Origin: an archaeon
GTDB lineage: Archaea > Asgardarchaeota > Thorarchaeia > Thorarchaeales > Thorarchaeaceae
NCBI GenBank assembly: GCA_024276825.1
Contig: JAJRWI010000013.1
Span: 1-24,846 of the forward strand
DNA: 24,846 nt
Direction of reading: 5' to 3'
This document shows, piece after piece, positions 8,486-18,214 of this stretch (its first letter is position 1; each line of letters starts with the position of its first letter). The position numbers and the translations under genes were made by a program. Under the pieces are notes generated by a model, which worked only from the letters and a program-made list of their open reading frames with translations, was not told the origin of the DNA and searched no databases.

Positions 8486-8763
8486 CTATTATCACAGCCC
8501 ATTTGCTTCTGCTGATTCTGCAATACAGCCTCTTGAAAAAGCCTACTATTTTAATGCCGCTATTCTTTCAGATAGAGCTGACAATTGTTCTTCTTTGCTC
8601 GATATTGGACATTCACATTGTTAATATGGATGCATGTCGCACCAATGCCTTTTTTATGCAATGAAAATTGATGACACGCTGTTTGAATGATAGATGACCT
8701 CAGATTTAATAGAAAATGGTCAAAATATCATTGGATAGAAGTTCAAGTACAGAGGTGCAGTCA

Positions 8764-9795
8764 TTGCGCATATTAAAGATGGACTCAAAGTATCTCAAGG
8801 AGTTTCTCGAGAGTCTGAGAATGTTCGGGAAACTCTATGGGCCAATCTGGAAGCGTGATGTTCTCACGCATGACCATGTTGAAAATGTGGATGACCTGGT
8901 TCTTGATGGAGAACATACCCTCATCCCAGTAAAGAAACTGTTTCATCCCAAGCGATTCAACACGATGCGTTTCAATGAAGAGGGATTCACGCCGAACTAT
9001 TCAATGTTTGAGAAACGTGTTCTAATTGGGGCGCATCCATGTGATATTCATAGCCTATTGCGTCTGGATGAGGTATTTCTCACAGATCCTGCAGACCCAT
9101 ATTACAAGGGATTGAGAGAGAACACAGCAATTATTGGGTTCTCATGCCTACCAACAGAGAACTCATTATGCAGATCAACGGGCACAGACATTGTCGAGTC
9201 GGGATTTGATCTGTTCTTTGTAGACCTTGAAGACATTTACCTAGTTTGGGTAGGCTCAAGCCTAGGCCATGATATGATCCTAGAGAAGGAAGAGTTCTTT
9301 GATGAGAATGTCACACATGCAGACATTCAGAAGTACATCCAATGGCGTGAAATGCGTAATGACATGTTCAAGAAGTCCTTTAATTTTCGTGACATGCCTG
9401 ATATCATGGAGTTGAGCTACAATAGTGAGATTTGGGACTATTTTGCTGAGAAATGTCTCTCTTGTGGTTCATGCACAATGGTATGCCCTACCTGCAACTG
9501 CTATACTCTCACTGATGTTTTTGATGTGACCAATAAAACAGAAGGAAGACGTGAGAGAGTCTGGGACAGTTGCATGTTCGTTGATTACAGCCTTGTAGCA
9601 GGGCCCCACAACTTTCGTGGAAAACGCGCAGATCGGCTGAAGCTTTGGTACACGCACAAACTGAAAGCGTTCGGTGGCGAGTACGGTCGTCCAGCATGCA
9701 TTGGCTGTGGCCGTTGTGTAGACACATGCCCAGTGGACATTAATGTATTAACAATTGCTGAAGCATTTACATCATGCGAGGTGCCAGCCAAATGA
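8764..9795 (+). CDS. hydB: Group 3b [NiFe]-hydrogenase (sulfhydrogenase) beta subunit, 4Fe-4S
   Basis: Motifs HPCD, CLSCGSCTMVCPTCNC, RVWDSC and CIGCGRCVDTCP. Start moved to the TTG at 8764 (MRILKM...) because GAGGTG sits at 8752-8757. The ORF track starts at 8716. Confidence 0.9.
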   Translation: MRILKMDSKYLKEFLESLRMFGKLYGPIWKRDVLTHDHVENVDDLVLDGEHTLIPVKKLFHPKRFNTMRFNEEGFTPNYSMFEKRVLIGAHPCDIHSLLRLDEVFLTDPADPYYKGLRENTAIIGFSCLPTENSLCRSTGTDIVESGFDLFFVDLEDIYLVWVGSSLGHDMILEKEEFFDENVTHADIQKYIQWREMRNDMFKKSFNFRDMPDIMELSYNSEIWDYFAEKCLSCGSCTMVCPTCNCYTLTDVFDVTNKTEGRRERVWDSCMFVDYSLVAGPHNFRGKRADRLKLWYTHKLKAFGGEYGRPACIGCGRCVDTCPVDINVLTIAEAFTSCEVPAK

Positions 9796-10643
9796 CAAAG
9801 ACACAGCAGATTGAAAACCCATATATTCCCGAACCCGCACGAATCGTGCGTCATTATGACCTGGTTAAAGATCATAGGTTCTTCCAAGTGCGTCATGTGG
9901 ATATGAAACGAGCCATGTCATTCACATATAATCCAGGCCAGTTCATCATGCTATCAATTCCTGGACTTGGTGAGGCCCCATTCTCTATCTCTTCAACACC
10001 AAGTAGGCCAGGGATTCTTGAAATGGGAATTCGAAAGGTGGGAAAGCTCACCGAGGCCCTCTTTAAAAAGAAAGACAATGACATCATTTATATTCGTGGA
10101 CCTTACGGAAATGGCTTCAAGATTGACCAGATGAGAGGAAAGGATATTATCATTGTTGCAGGCGGTCTCGGAGTCATTCCATTAAGATCAATCCTCTACT
10201 ATGTTCTTGATAACCGAGACCAGTTTGGTAGACTGTTCTTCTTATACGGTGCAAAGAATCCTGATGAGATCCTATTCAAGACTGAGTTCTTTCAGTTGAA
10301 GAACAGAGTCGACATTGAGTGTCTGTACACCGTGGATGTCGATACATCAGGAGAATGGACAGAGGCGGTGGGTGTTGTGACAAGACTATTCGAACACTTG
10401 CCAGAAATCGATCCTAGCAGAAGTGCAGCCGTGGTCTGTGGACCGCCAGTGATGTACAAGTATGTCATCCAAGAACTTCTGAAGTTGAAGATTCCAAAGA
10501 ATCAGATTCAGATGACACTCGAACGCAAGATGGAATGCGGAGTAGGGAAATGCGGCCATTGTGTGCTCGATCATCTATATACTTGCATAGATGGTCCCGT
10601 GTTCACCTATTGGGACACATTACACTTCAGGGAGTTGATATAG
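9792..10643 (+). CDS. hydG: Group 3b hydrogenase gamma subunit (FAD/NAD(P)-binding, 2Fe-2S)
   Basis: Motifs PGQFIML, GEAPFSISS, RGPYGNGF, AGGLG, CGPPVM and MECGVGKCGHC...C.DGPVF. ATGA overlap with beta, GAGGTG at 9778-9783. Confidence 0.92.
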   Translation: MTKTQQIENPYIPEPARIVRHYDLVKDHRFFQVRHVDMKRAMSFTYNPGQFIMLSIPGLGEAPFSISSTPSRPGILEMGIRKVGKLTEALFKKKDNDIIYIRGPYGNGFKIDQMRGKDIIIVAGGLGVIPLRSILYYVLDNRDQFGRLFFLYGAKNPDEILFKTEFFQLKNRVDIECLYTVDVDTSGEWTEAVGVVTRLFEHLPEIDPSRSAAVVCGPPVMYKYVIQELLKLKIPKNQIQMTLERKMECGVGKCGHCVLDHLYTCIDGPVFTYWDTLHFRELI

Positions 10644-11420
10644 ATGGCAAATGAGCAACAGATAATCAAGCCAAAGATTGGTATTTATGGTCTGACTGGA
10701 TGCGCTGGAGATCAATTAGTGATAATCCACACCGAAGATGAAATCTTAAACCTCTTTAATTCAGTGGACATCAAATCATTTGTGATGGCATCTAGTAATC
10801 CTGAAGAAGGTGAGCTTGATGTAGCCTTTGTTGAGGGAAGTGTATCTACTGAGGAAGAGCTCCATCATCTGAAAGATATCCGCAAGAGAGCAAAGATATT
10901 GGTTGCAATGGGCAATTGTGCACTGTGTGGTGGTCCTCAGGCAATGTACACCGGAGATGGCACCTTTGATACGCGAGTCAAGCAAGTTTATGGTGATGTG
11001 GATTTCCTGACAAAACCACTTGAGGGCGCACCTGTAGATGCATATGTTGAGGTTGATTATTATGTTCCAGGATGCCCTGTTGACGCCAAGCAGCTGTTTG
11101 CGGCTATTGCAAGACTGATTCATGGTTCCAGTCCAGAGCCATACCCACACCCTGTATGCCATGAATGCAAACTCAACGAAAACAAGTGCTTGCTTCTTGA
11201 CAAGAAGTTCTGCTTAGGACCTGTGACAGCTGGAGGCTGCAATTCTGCATGTCCCAATCATGGACTTCCATGTGTGGGTTGTTGGGGTCCAAATCCAGAT
11301 GGAAATTTCAAGGAGCATTTCGAACTGCTTCAAAGCTTTGGAATGACGAAGGAAGACATTGTGAGAAGGATAAGGAACTTTGGAGGGCACAAGATCCTTG
11401 AATACATCAAGGACCTATGA
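10644..11420 (+). CDS. hydD: Group 3b hydrogenase delta (small) subunit
   Basis: Motifs LTGCAGDQL, FVEGSVST, GNCALCGG, PGCP, VCHEC...C...CLGPVTAGGCNSACP...CVGCWG. Confidence 0.93.
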   Translation: MANEQQIIKPKIGIYGLTGCAGDQLVIIHTEDEILNLFNSVDIKSFVMASSNPEEGELDVAFVEGSVSTEEELHHLKDIRKRAKILVAMGNCALCGGPQAMYTGDGTFDTRVKQVYGDVDFLTKPLEGAPVDAYVEVDYYVPGCPVDAKQLFAAIARLIHGSSPEPYPHPVCHECKLNENKCLLLDKKFCLGPVTAGGCNSACPNHGLPCVGCWGPNPDGNFKEHFELLQSFGMTKEDIVRRIRNFGGHKILEYIKDL

Positions 11421-11432
11421 GAGGTGGAAGCA

Positions 11433-12725
11433 ATGACAAAGAAAGATGTGATTCATATTGAGCCTTTGGCGAGAGTAGAAGGTAATGGAGGTATATTAGT
11501 TCAAATCAAGAACAACAAAGTTAAAGATGTCAAAGTTAGGATTCTTGAAGGCCCGAGACTTTTCGAAACCCTCGTGCTAGGAAAGACTCCTGAGGAGAAC
11601 TTGAGCTTAGTACCAAGAATATGTGCAATTTGCAACCTCTCGCACAAATATGCAAGCCTTCGGGCTCTTGAAAAGGCCCTTGATATAGAAATACCAGAGA
11701 TTGTTGATACTTATCGCCATCTCATGCATCATGGTGAGATGATAGAGAGCCATAGTCTGCACCTATACTTCTTAGCACTGCCTGATTTCTTTGGTTATGA
11801 TAATGCAGTAGCAATGGCTGATGAGCTTGGTGATATCGTCACTAAGGCCTTGCAACTGAAGAAGTTTGGAAACAAGATCATGAGAATAATGGGAGGAAGA
11901 GGGATCCATGGCGAAAACCCAGTCCTTGGCGGATTTGGAAAGTTGCCAGATCATAAGACACTACTCTCTCTGAAGTGGGAGGCTCTTGAACTGCTGGATT
12001 TCGCCATGGCAACCATTGACATTCTAGCTGACCTTGAGGTCCCAGACCATATGGAACGCGAAACTCAATTTCTTTGCTGTAAACCACCTTATGACGGCTA
12101 TGATTATTACGGTGATGAACTGATCACATCTGATGGTGAAGTTCACCCCTTAGATAGCTACAAGGAAGTTATTCAAGAACGCACAGTTGGTCATAGCTTT
12201 GCAAAACGTAGCAGCTACAAAGGAAAGCCCTTCTCAGTCGGCGCTCTTGCACGCGTGCTTTTGCTTGGCGATAGACTAAAGGGCAAGGCAAAGGATGCAT
12301 ATGATAAGTTGTACAATGAACGGTGGCATCGGAACCCCATCTACAACAACTTTGCTCAGGCTATCGAGCAGGTGTTCTCTCTTGAAGGGGTAATCGAATG
12401 TGTGGACAGAGTGCTTGACAAGAAAGCCCCAGAACTGGCCAAGCCAAAGCGCAACTCAGGTACTGGCACTGGTGGAGTTGAGGCGCCGCGTGGCACTTTA
12501 ATCCATCACTACGAGATCAAAGATGGCAAGACTACATATGCAGATTACATCACTCCAACAGCTATGTTCCTTGATGATATTGAGGCTTTTATCTGGAAGA
12601 GTGGTGAGAGTCTTCTTGCTAGTGGGAACACAGATAACATCGAGTTGCAGTTCGAGATAATTGCACGAGCTTATGATCCATGCATCAGTTGCAGCGCTCA
12701 TCTGGTGCACGTGGACTACGAGTAA
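11433..12725 (+). CDS. hydA: Group 3b [NiFe]-hydrogenase alpha (large) subunit
   Basis: Motifs RVEG, L1 RICAIC, EAPRG, L2 DPCISCSAH, then a 7-aa tail LVHVDYE. ATG at 11433 follows GAGGTGG. The ORF track uses the GTG at 11424. Confidence 0.96.
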   Translation: MTKKDVIHIEPLARVEGNGGILVQIKNNKVKDVKVRILEGPRLFETLVLGKTPEENLSLVPRICAICNLSHKYASLRALEKALDIEIPEIVDTYRHLMHHGEMIESHSLHLYFLALPDFFGYDNAVAMADELGDIVTKALQLKKFGNKIMRIMGGRGIHGENPVLGGFGKLPDHKTLLSLKWEALELLDFAMATIDILADLEVPDHMERETQFLCCKPPYDGYDYYGDELITSDGEVHPLDSYKEVIQERTVGHSFAKRSSYKGKPFSVGALARVLLLGDRLKGKAKDAYDKLYNERWHRNPIYNNFAQAIEQVFSLEGVIECVDRVLDKKAPELAKPKRNSGTGTGGVEAPRGTLIHHYEIKDGKTTYADYITPTAMFLDDIEAFIWKSGESLLASGNTDNIELQFEIIARAYDPCISCSAHLVHVDYE

Positions 12726-12746
12726 TAATATATCATGCTGATTTAA

Positions 12747-12780
12747 TGGGAGGCCTTTGAAAGGCCCCCAGCTTTTTGTT
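12747..12780 (+). terminator. Hairpin plus T-tract terminator of the hydrogenase operon
   Basis: TGGG-A-GGCCTT-TGA-AAGGCC-CCCA followed by GCTTTTTGTT, about 20 nt after the hydA stop. Confidence 0.75.
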
Positions 12781-13136
12781 CAATCAGAAATGTCTTATAA
12801 TAATTGAGTTAGAACTTTTCTATTATTTTCGATGATTCACCAACCTTGCTAGAACAACTTGAGATTGACTGTCACAGATTTCTATAGAGAATTCAATATT
12901 ACACAATTAGTATTTGAGGAATGATATTTCAAACTAATTTCCAAAATAGTCTAATATAATGAATAAAATGGTATGAACAGTAAAGGCACCGCCAGAACTT
13001 CATGAGCTTATTAAGGCAATAGAAACGAAATATGAGAAGTTCTCTATGAATTAGTGTGAATCGTACATTATAAGACACACATTCATTTCAAAAGATAGAA
13101 AAGCATTATAGGACAATATTGTAAGAGGCTGTCTGC

Positions 13137-13730
13137 TTGACCAAAAGGCACTATATTCTATTTCGAGACTCACACATTGAATTTCCTGACATATGTCCGG
13201 TATGCGGATGTCCTGCAACTGAGAAGGGGTCCATTGTTGCTCCTATTCAGAAATATACAGAAAGGGACTATGTGAGTGATTTCATCCCACGCCCAAAGCC
13301 CAGTGATTTGCTTCTTGTTCAACTCCACATTCCAGTTTGTTCAAAACACTTTTCATCTGCCAAAGAGAGAAGCAGACTTGTTTCATTACTCTGGGTCATG
13401 AATGGATTGCTAATTGCAGTCCTTCTCTATCTTGTCATGTTCATGAGCTTTTTAATCGATGCTTATGATCCAAGCAATCAGTTCTTTGGCCCATTCACTC
13501 TATTTATTCTCATCTTAGTTATTCTCACCAACATAGGCCTGAGACCAACTGCATTGGAAAAGGCTGTACGCATCGAGTTTGCCATGAAGAATTCTGGAGA
13601 ATTATTATTATCTGTTGCCCACAACTGGTACAAGGACCATCTTATTGCCACAAATCCAATGAAGGCAATGATTGCTTTTAGAAGAATAAAAAGAAAAAAT
13701 GAAGGGAGACCCAGCGAAAATAATCTATAG
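13137..13730 (+). CDS. Hypothetical membrane protein with N-terminal putative Zn finger (CxxC...CxxH) and 2 TM helices
   Basis: FPDICPVCG...IPVCSKH followed by two long hydrophobic segments. TTG start with GAGG upstream. Confidence 0.7.
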   Translation: MTKRHYILFRDSHIEFPDICPVCGCPATEKGSIVAPIQKYTERDYVSDFIPRPKPSDLLLVQLHIPVCSKHFSSAKERSRLVSLLWVMNGLLIAVLLYLVMFMSFLIDAYDPSNQFFGPFTLFILILVILTNIGLRPTALEKAVRIEFAMKNSGELLLSVAHNWYKDHLIATNPMKAMIAFRRIKRKNEGRPSENNL

Positions 13731-15512
13731 GGTCTCTTTGAACATCTCAATGAACTCTGCAAACTGGTCGATGCCTTTCTGCCAGAATTCTTGTTTTGTA
13801 ATATCAAAGCCGATCTCTGCAGCTAGTTCTCTTGGAGATTTGCTTGAACCTGCAGCCAGCAACGATTTGAGTCTTGGTACGAAATTCTTGCCCTGTTCTT
13901 TATACAGTTTATACATGGCATATACAAACAACTGTGCATAGACATATGGATAGTTATAGTATCTATAATTGGGCAAGTAGAAGTGAAGCTTCATTGTCCA
14001 CCAATATCTCATTTCGGGAAGCCATTCTACGGCATCGCCATAGATCTTCTCGCGAGCTTTAACCCAAAGGTCAGAAATCTTCTCGCCATCTAGGAACTCG
14101 CCATTTTCGATTGCCTCGTACAAATAGGTCTCAAAGAATACGCGTGCTGACACTTGAAAAGCCGCCTCACCAAACTCATCAATGACTGTGGCAAGAACAG
14201 CCTGGCGCTCTTCCTTTGTAGTCGCTCTCTCAAGAAGCTTTTCAGTTAATAGCAATTCGCCAAAGATTGAACCGGTTTCTGCCACGCAAGAGCCAATCTC
14301 GTAGTTCGAGGGTTTTTGTGCCCTGGTTCCAAGATATGCATGAAGTGCATGACCCAGTTCATGTGCTTGTGTGTAGACATCGCTCATGTTGCCATTGAAG
14401 CTCTGAAGAATGTAGGCACTCTGACCCTTATGCCAAGTTGAACAGAATGCGCCTGACCGCTTGCCATTTCGTACTTCACCATCAATGTGACGGCGGATGT
14501 ACATCTCCTCTATCCACTTGCCACTCTGTTCATCAAAGTCAGAATATGCCTTGACCACGAGATTCTGGGACTCCTCCCATGAGAACTTTTTTTCAGGAGC
14601 GTGTGGCAAAGGGGCAGTTATGTCCCAGTTGCCCAGTTTGTCAAGTCCCATTGCCTTGGCCTTGAGTTTAAGATACTCCCTATACACGCCTGCATTCTTT
14701 TCAATTGTCTTCATCAAGCTTTCAATGGTTTCTTGGTCCACATCATTATCAATCAGGCTTTGAGTCATTGGGCTTTCCCACTTTCTGAGCTTGCACATCT
14801 GAAGATGATCACTAAAGACGGAACGGATGGCAGAGGACCAAAGTAAGAGGTCCTTGCCAAGACCTGAATAGACAACTTGGTTTGCCCTTTTTCGCAGGTC
14901 TCGATCATGACTGTGATAGTAGCCAATGATCTCACCATATGGCAGAGTCTTGACCTCTCCATCAATCTCAATCTCAAAGGTTCTAGTTGCTAACCAATCG
15001 CCAAACAGTTGATACCATGCACGAATTCCATTCCTGTCCTTGGCGATTATTACTTGCTCTATCTCTTCAGAGAGCATGTGAGGAATCCTGCGTTTGATCC
15101 TCTCCAGCTTGTGTTTATATTCAGCCAGTTCAGGCGACTCGATTATCTCGGGCTTTGCCTTAATGAGCTGTCCAAGTTCGATGTCTAGAAAAGCTGTGAC
15201 TTGATTAAGGAGCATATTTGTCTGCTGTGCTTTGTCATAAAGTTGCTTTGCAACATCGTTTGTCATGTCCGCTGCATAAAGCAAGAATGGATATTTAAGA
15301 GCGCCCTCATTTTCTAGTTCCAGTTCATCTATCTCGTTTAACAGGTCATATACCTGTTTGGGAGAATAGTTGATGATCTTTCCTCGGTGCTTATCGCGAA
15401 ATTGCTCAGCTGTCTTAACAGCCCGATCAAGTTGATTCGCGATATATTGCGGGTCATCTTTTTCAACTAATTGAGATAAGTCCCAACGCATTTCTTCAAC
15501 GGTCATGGTCAA
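13725..15512 (-). CDS. pepF: Oligoendopeptidase F (peptidase M3B)
   Basis: N-terminal WDLSQL, GKRSGAFC, zinc motif HELGH, AETGS and HFY...YYNYPYVYAQL. The start may be the ATG of MTVEE. Confidence 0.95.
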   Translation of the reverse strand: MTMTVEEMRWDLSQLVEKDDPQYIANQLDRAVKTAEQFRDKHRGKIINYSPKQVYDLLNEIDELELENEGALKYPFLLYAADMTNDVAKQLYDKAQQTNMLLNQVTAFLDIELGQLIKAKPEIIESPELAEYKHKLERIKRRIPHMLSEEIEQVIIAKDRNGIRAWYQLFGDWLATRTFEIEIDGEVKTLPYGEIIGYYHSHDRDLRKRANQVVYSGLGKDLLLWSSAIRSVFSDHLQMCKLRKWESPMTQSLIDNDVDQETIESLMKTIEKNAGVYREYLKLKAKAMGLDKLGNWDITAPLPHAPEKKFSWEESQNLVVKAYSDFDEQSGKWIEEMYIRRHIDGEVRNGKRSGAFCSTWHKGQSAYILQSFNGNMSDVYTQAHELGHALHAYLGTRAQKPSNYEIGSCVAETGSIFGELLLTEKLLERATTKEERQAVLATVIDEFGEAAFQVSARVFFETYLYEAIENGEFLDGEKISDLWVKAREKIYGDAVEWLPEMRYWWTMKLHFYLPNYRYYNYPYVYAQLFVYAMYKLYKEQGKNFVPRLKSLLAAGSSKSPRELAAEIGFDITKQEFWQKGIDQFAEFIEMFKETL

Positions 15513-15582
15513 TCAATAAAATGGACCGCAAATTCTTTCTTAAGAGTGATATGGATTAGGCGATATTGTTCTAAAGGCGGCA

Positions 15583-16194
15583 TTATTCCTCAAGAAGGCC
15601 TCGCCGCTTTCTTCGCTTGACGTCACGTCTTACTATCTTCACACCACCCACAATCAGTACGGTTGTGATGATGATGAATGCAACTCCAACAAGGACAACA
15701 GGTGAGGTCATTCCATAGGAAATCTGAATTGGACCGATGAATGTCTCATTAGAACTTGACTGAACCAATATGCTTTCATTCAGTTGCAAATAGCTGCCTG
15801 ACACCATGATGGCAAAATAACTCTCAATACTCATGCGGGTTATTGACAGATTAAAATGCAGAGTGAAATTCAATGGTTTGGGGCCAGAAACAATTGGGTT
15901 CGCCTTGATCATGTCTGAGGCAACAATCAAGAAATTGGATTCAGATTGCTTGTCATAGACGACCAAATCAACCCGTGTGACATTGATTACAGTGATATTA
16001 TAATTTCTTGGAATGACCTCCAAGTTTAGATCGACATGTCCAACAGTAGGCACACTCCAAGGGAGATCTGCGGTCAATACAACATTAACAAGTATGTCAT
16101 TCTCACTATATGCAATGGGAGGAAATGTCAATGCCTGACATGCAGTTGGAATTAGCAGAATCGTTAGCAGCATTAAGGGAATTGACCGCGTCAT
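15583..16194 (-). CDS. Type I single-pass membrane (glyco)protein of unknown function
   Basis: N-terminal signal peptide, beta-rich ectodomain with six N-x-S/T sequons, C-terminal TM helix and basic tail RRDVKRRKRRGLLEE. Confidence 0.75.
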   Translation of the reverse strand: MTRSIPLMLLTILLIPTACQALTFPPIAYSENDILVNVVLTADLPWSVPTVGHVDLNLEVIPRNYNITVINVTRVDLVVYDKQSESNFLIVASDMIKANPIVSGPKPLNFTLHFNLSITRMSIESYFAIMVSGSYLQLNESILVQSSSNETFIGPIQISYGMTSPVVLVGVAFIIITTVLIVGGVKIVRRDVKRRKRRGLLEE

Positions 16195-16251
16195 TTAACT
16201 TCAATTTCCGTGAGTATAAATCCATTGATAAATCATACCAATTAAGAAATA

Positions 16252-18099
16252 TCAAGAATCATCAATAATGCCTTTCAACCACTCTATTATTCTTGGATAT
16301 ACCATCAGCCTATTCTTAAGACTTGATATTCCATGACCTTCATCCTCCAGGACAATAATCTCAGTAGGAATTCCCCGCGATCTCACTGCTTCATAAATCT
16401 GCATCGACTCAGATAGAGGAACTCTTTCATCATTTGCCCCCTGAACTATGAATAATGGGGCAGACAGTTTGTCAACATGATTGATGGGACTGATTCTCTC
16501 CAAAAGCTCACGGTCGCGTTCAAGACTTCCATATTCCGCCTGTCGAAGACTCCTTCTCCAAGATGCAGTATTTTGCAGAAATGTGATGAAGCTGGATATT
16601 CCTACAATCTCAACACCAGCCAGCCAGAGGTCAGGATGTTCAGTCATCGTTGACAGAACAGCGAAGCCACCATAACTCCTACCATATACAATGAGGTTAT
16701 CTCCATCTATATCAGGATCGTTATCGTTTAGATGAAGGGCAATATATTTGATATCGGATATCGAGTCGAGTCGTTTCTCCACATTGTCCAAGTCCATGTA
16801 TTTCCGGCCGTACCCCGTGCTTCCCCTTATGTTTGGAGCCACTACAGCAAAGCCATTTGAAACTATGAATTGCACTATTATGTTAAAACTTGGCTTGAAC
16901 TGCGATTCAGGTCCTCCATGTATCATGATTATAGTGGGCCACCCCTTGGGTGGTTTCTCACCCTTTGGTAGATACTTGAAATAGGGAACATTCAGCAGAT
17001 CAAAGCTAGGGATTTTATGTAAGGTCTCATTGACCAAGATCTCAGACCTTATGCCGGCCATGTCAACATCAGTTGCCATCCATGAGTATTCATTCCTTGT
17101 GTCCAGAATCCAGACATTCACAGGCATGGTTGAAGAACTAAGTGTCAGGGCAATGAACCGACCGTCTGGTGAGAGTGCCATCCCCTTGGAGAACGACCTC
17201 GAGTCACCGGATGTGATTACAGAGGGCATCGGCAGGGGAATCTCATGAAAATCAGAAACTCCTGATGACGTAAAGATTCCAGTATAGAGTCGACTATAGC
17301 CATTTTTGTTATATGCAATATAGCTATATTGAGAATTTTCGGAGATTGCACATCCATCAATTTCCATCTTCACCATTGCCTCATAGATCGGGAAGATGTT
17401 TGCATCAAGAGTAAGGAAATTCAGCCTCATATAATCCGAACCGAAATCAGTTGCTACCAGAAGGCTGTTGTTGTCGATGAACCGCAAACAGCTCCAACGA
17501 TTCTTGGACATCCCTGAAACTGAGCGGCTGATATTAAGCTTGGACGCATGATCGGGTTCTACCAGAATTAGTTCTTGATTGCTGCTTCCCAAGTATTGTT
17601 GAACGATGACTTTTTTCTCATCCAAAGAAACCGAGTGTGCTGAAGCAATGCCTGCTTTCGGTCGATAAATCAGTTCAGGTTCATTTTCAAGAACAGGAAT
17701 CTTCAGCCTATAGAGGTCTAATCGAGACCTGTTCTCAACATTGGCGACATAATATAGATGCTTGGAAGTTGCAAAATTGATAATGTGCTTTGCACTCTTG
17801 TCTTTTGAAACCCAAGAAACTGTCCCATCGGTTCCTACAACTCCCAGTTGAAACCGTTCATTGCCACCAACATCGCTCGTAAAGACAATGGTCCCATCTG
17901 CCAACCAATGAGGGTTGGTGCATCTGTTCTGCTCATGAGTCAGCCTCTTTGGCCATAATGTCAGGTCCTTCATAATCCCAATAGAATAGATCTGATAAGA
18001 CCCGGGCGAGTTATATGCGAATGCGATTCTGTCAGATTTTGGAGACCACGAAGCCCCGCCAGCAATTTCAATGGCAAGGTAGCGTTTCAAGTCACTCAT
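16252..18099 (-). CDS. S9 family peptidase (acylaminoacyl/dipeptidyl aminopeptidase; beta-propeller plus hydrolase domain)
   Basis: WSPKSDRIAF and LSPDGRFIAL propeller repeats, IHGGP, NIRGSTGYG, catalytic GRSYGG, NDERV and EGHG. Confidence 0.95.
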   Translation of the reverse strand: MSDLKRYLAIEIAGGASWSPKSDRIAFAYNSPGSYQIYSIGIMKDLTLWPKRLTHEQNRCTNPHWLADGTIVFTSDVGGNERFQLGVVGTDGTVSWVSKDKSAKHIINFATSKHLYYVANVENRSRLDLYRLKIPVLENEPELIYRPKAGIASAHSVSLDEKKVIVQQYLGSSNQELILVEPDHASKLNISRSVSGMSKNRWSCLRFIDNNSLLVATDFGSDYMRLNFLTLDANIFPIYEAMVKMEIDGCAISENSQYSYIAYNKNGYSRLYTGIFTSSGVSDFHEIPLPMPSVITSGDSRSFSKGMALSPDGRFIALTLSSSTMPVNVWILDTRNEYSWMATDVDMAGIRSEILVNETLHKIPSFDLLNVPYFKYLPKGEKPPKGWPTIIMIHGGPESQFKPSFNIIVQFIVSNGFAVVAPNIRGSTGYGRKYMDLDNVEKRLDSISDIKYIALHLNDNDPDIDGDNLIVYGRSYGGFAVLSTMTEHPDLWLAGVEIVGISSFITFLQNTASWRRSLRQAEYGSLERDRELLERISPINHVDKLSAPLFIVQGANDERVPLSESMQIYEAVRSRGIPTEIIVLEDEGHGISSLKNRLMVYPRIIEWLKGIIDDS

Positions 18100-18214
18100 A
18101 GCGATTGAATGCAGTTAAGCCTGAATAAATGACTTCCGTTATTCAGTTGTCATGTAAAAAGATTGTGAATAGATGAGATTTTTAATGTGAAACAAATAGT
18201 TGCAATCATAGGAG

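Noticed and set aside
8455-8664. 69-aa hydrophobic ORF upstream of the hydrogenase operon
   Set aside because: It overlaps the start of the divergent SnoaL gene, has a weak TTG start and sits in AT-rich promoter DNA. Nothing supports coding.
8716-8763. N-terminal 16-aa extension of HydB in the ORF track
   Set aside because: The ribosome-binding site GAGGTG lies inside it, and family resemblance begins at the TTG at 8764.
12670-12725. Possible [NiFeSe] hydrogenase
   Set aside because: The L2 motif DPCISC uses TGC codons, and there is no in-frame TGA in any of the four subunits.
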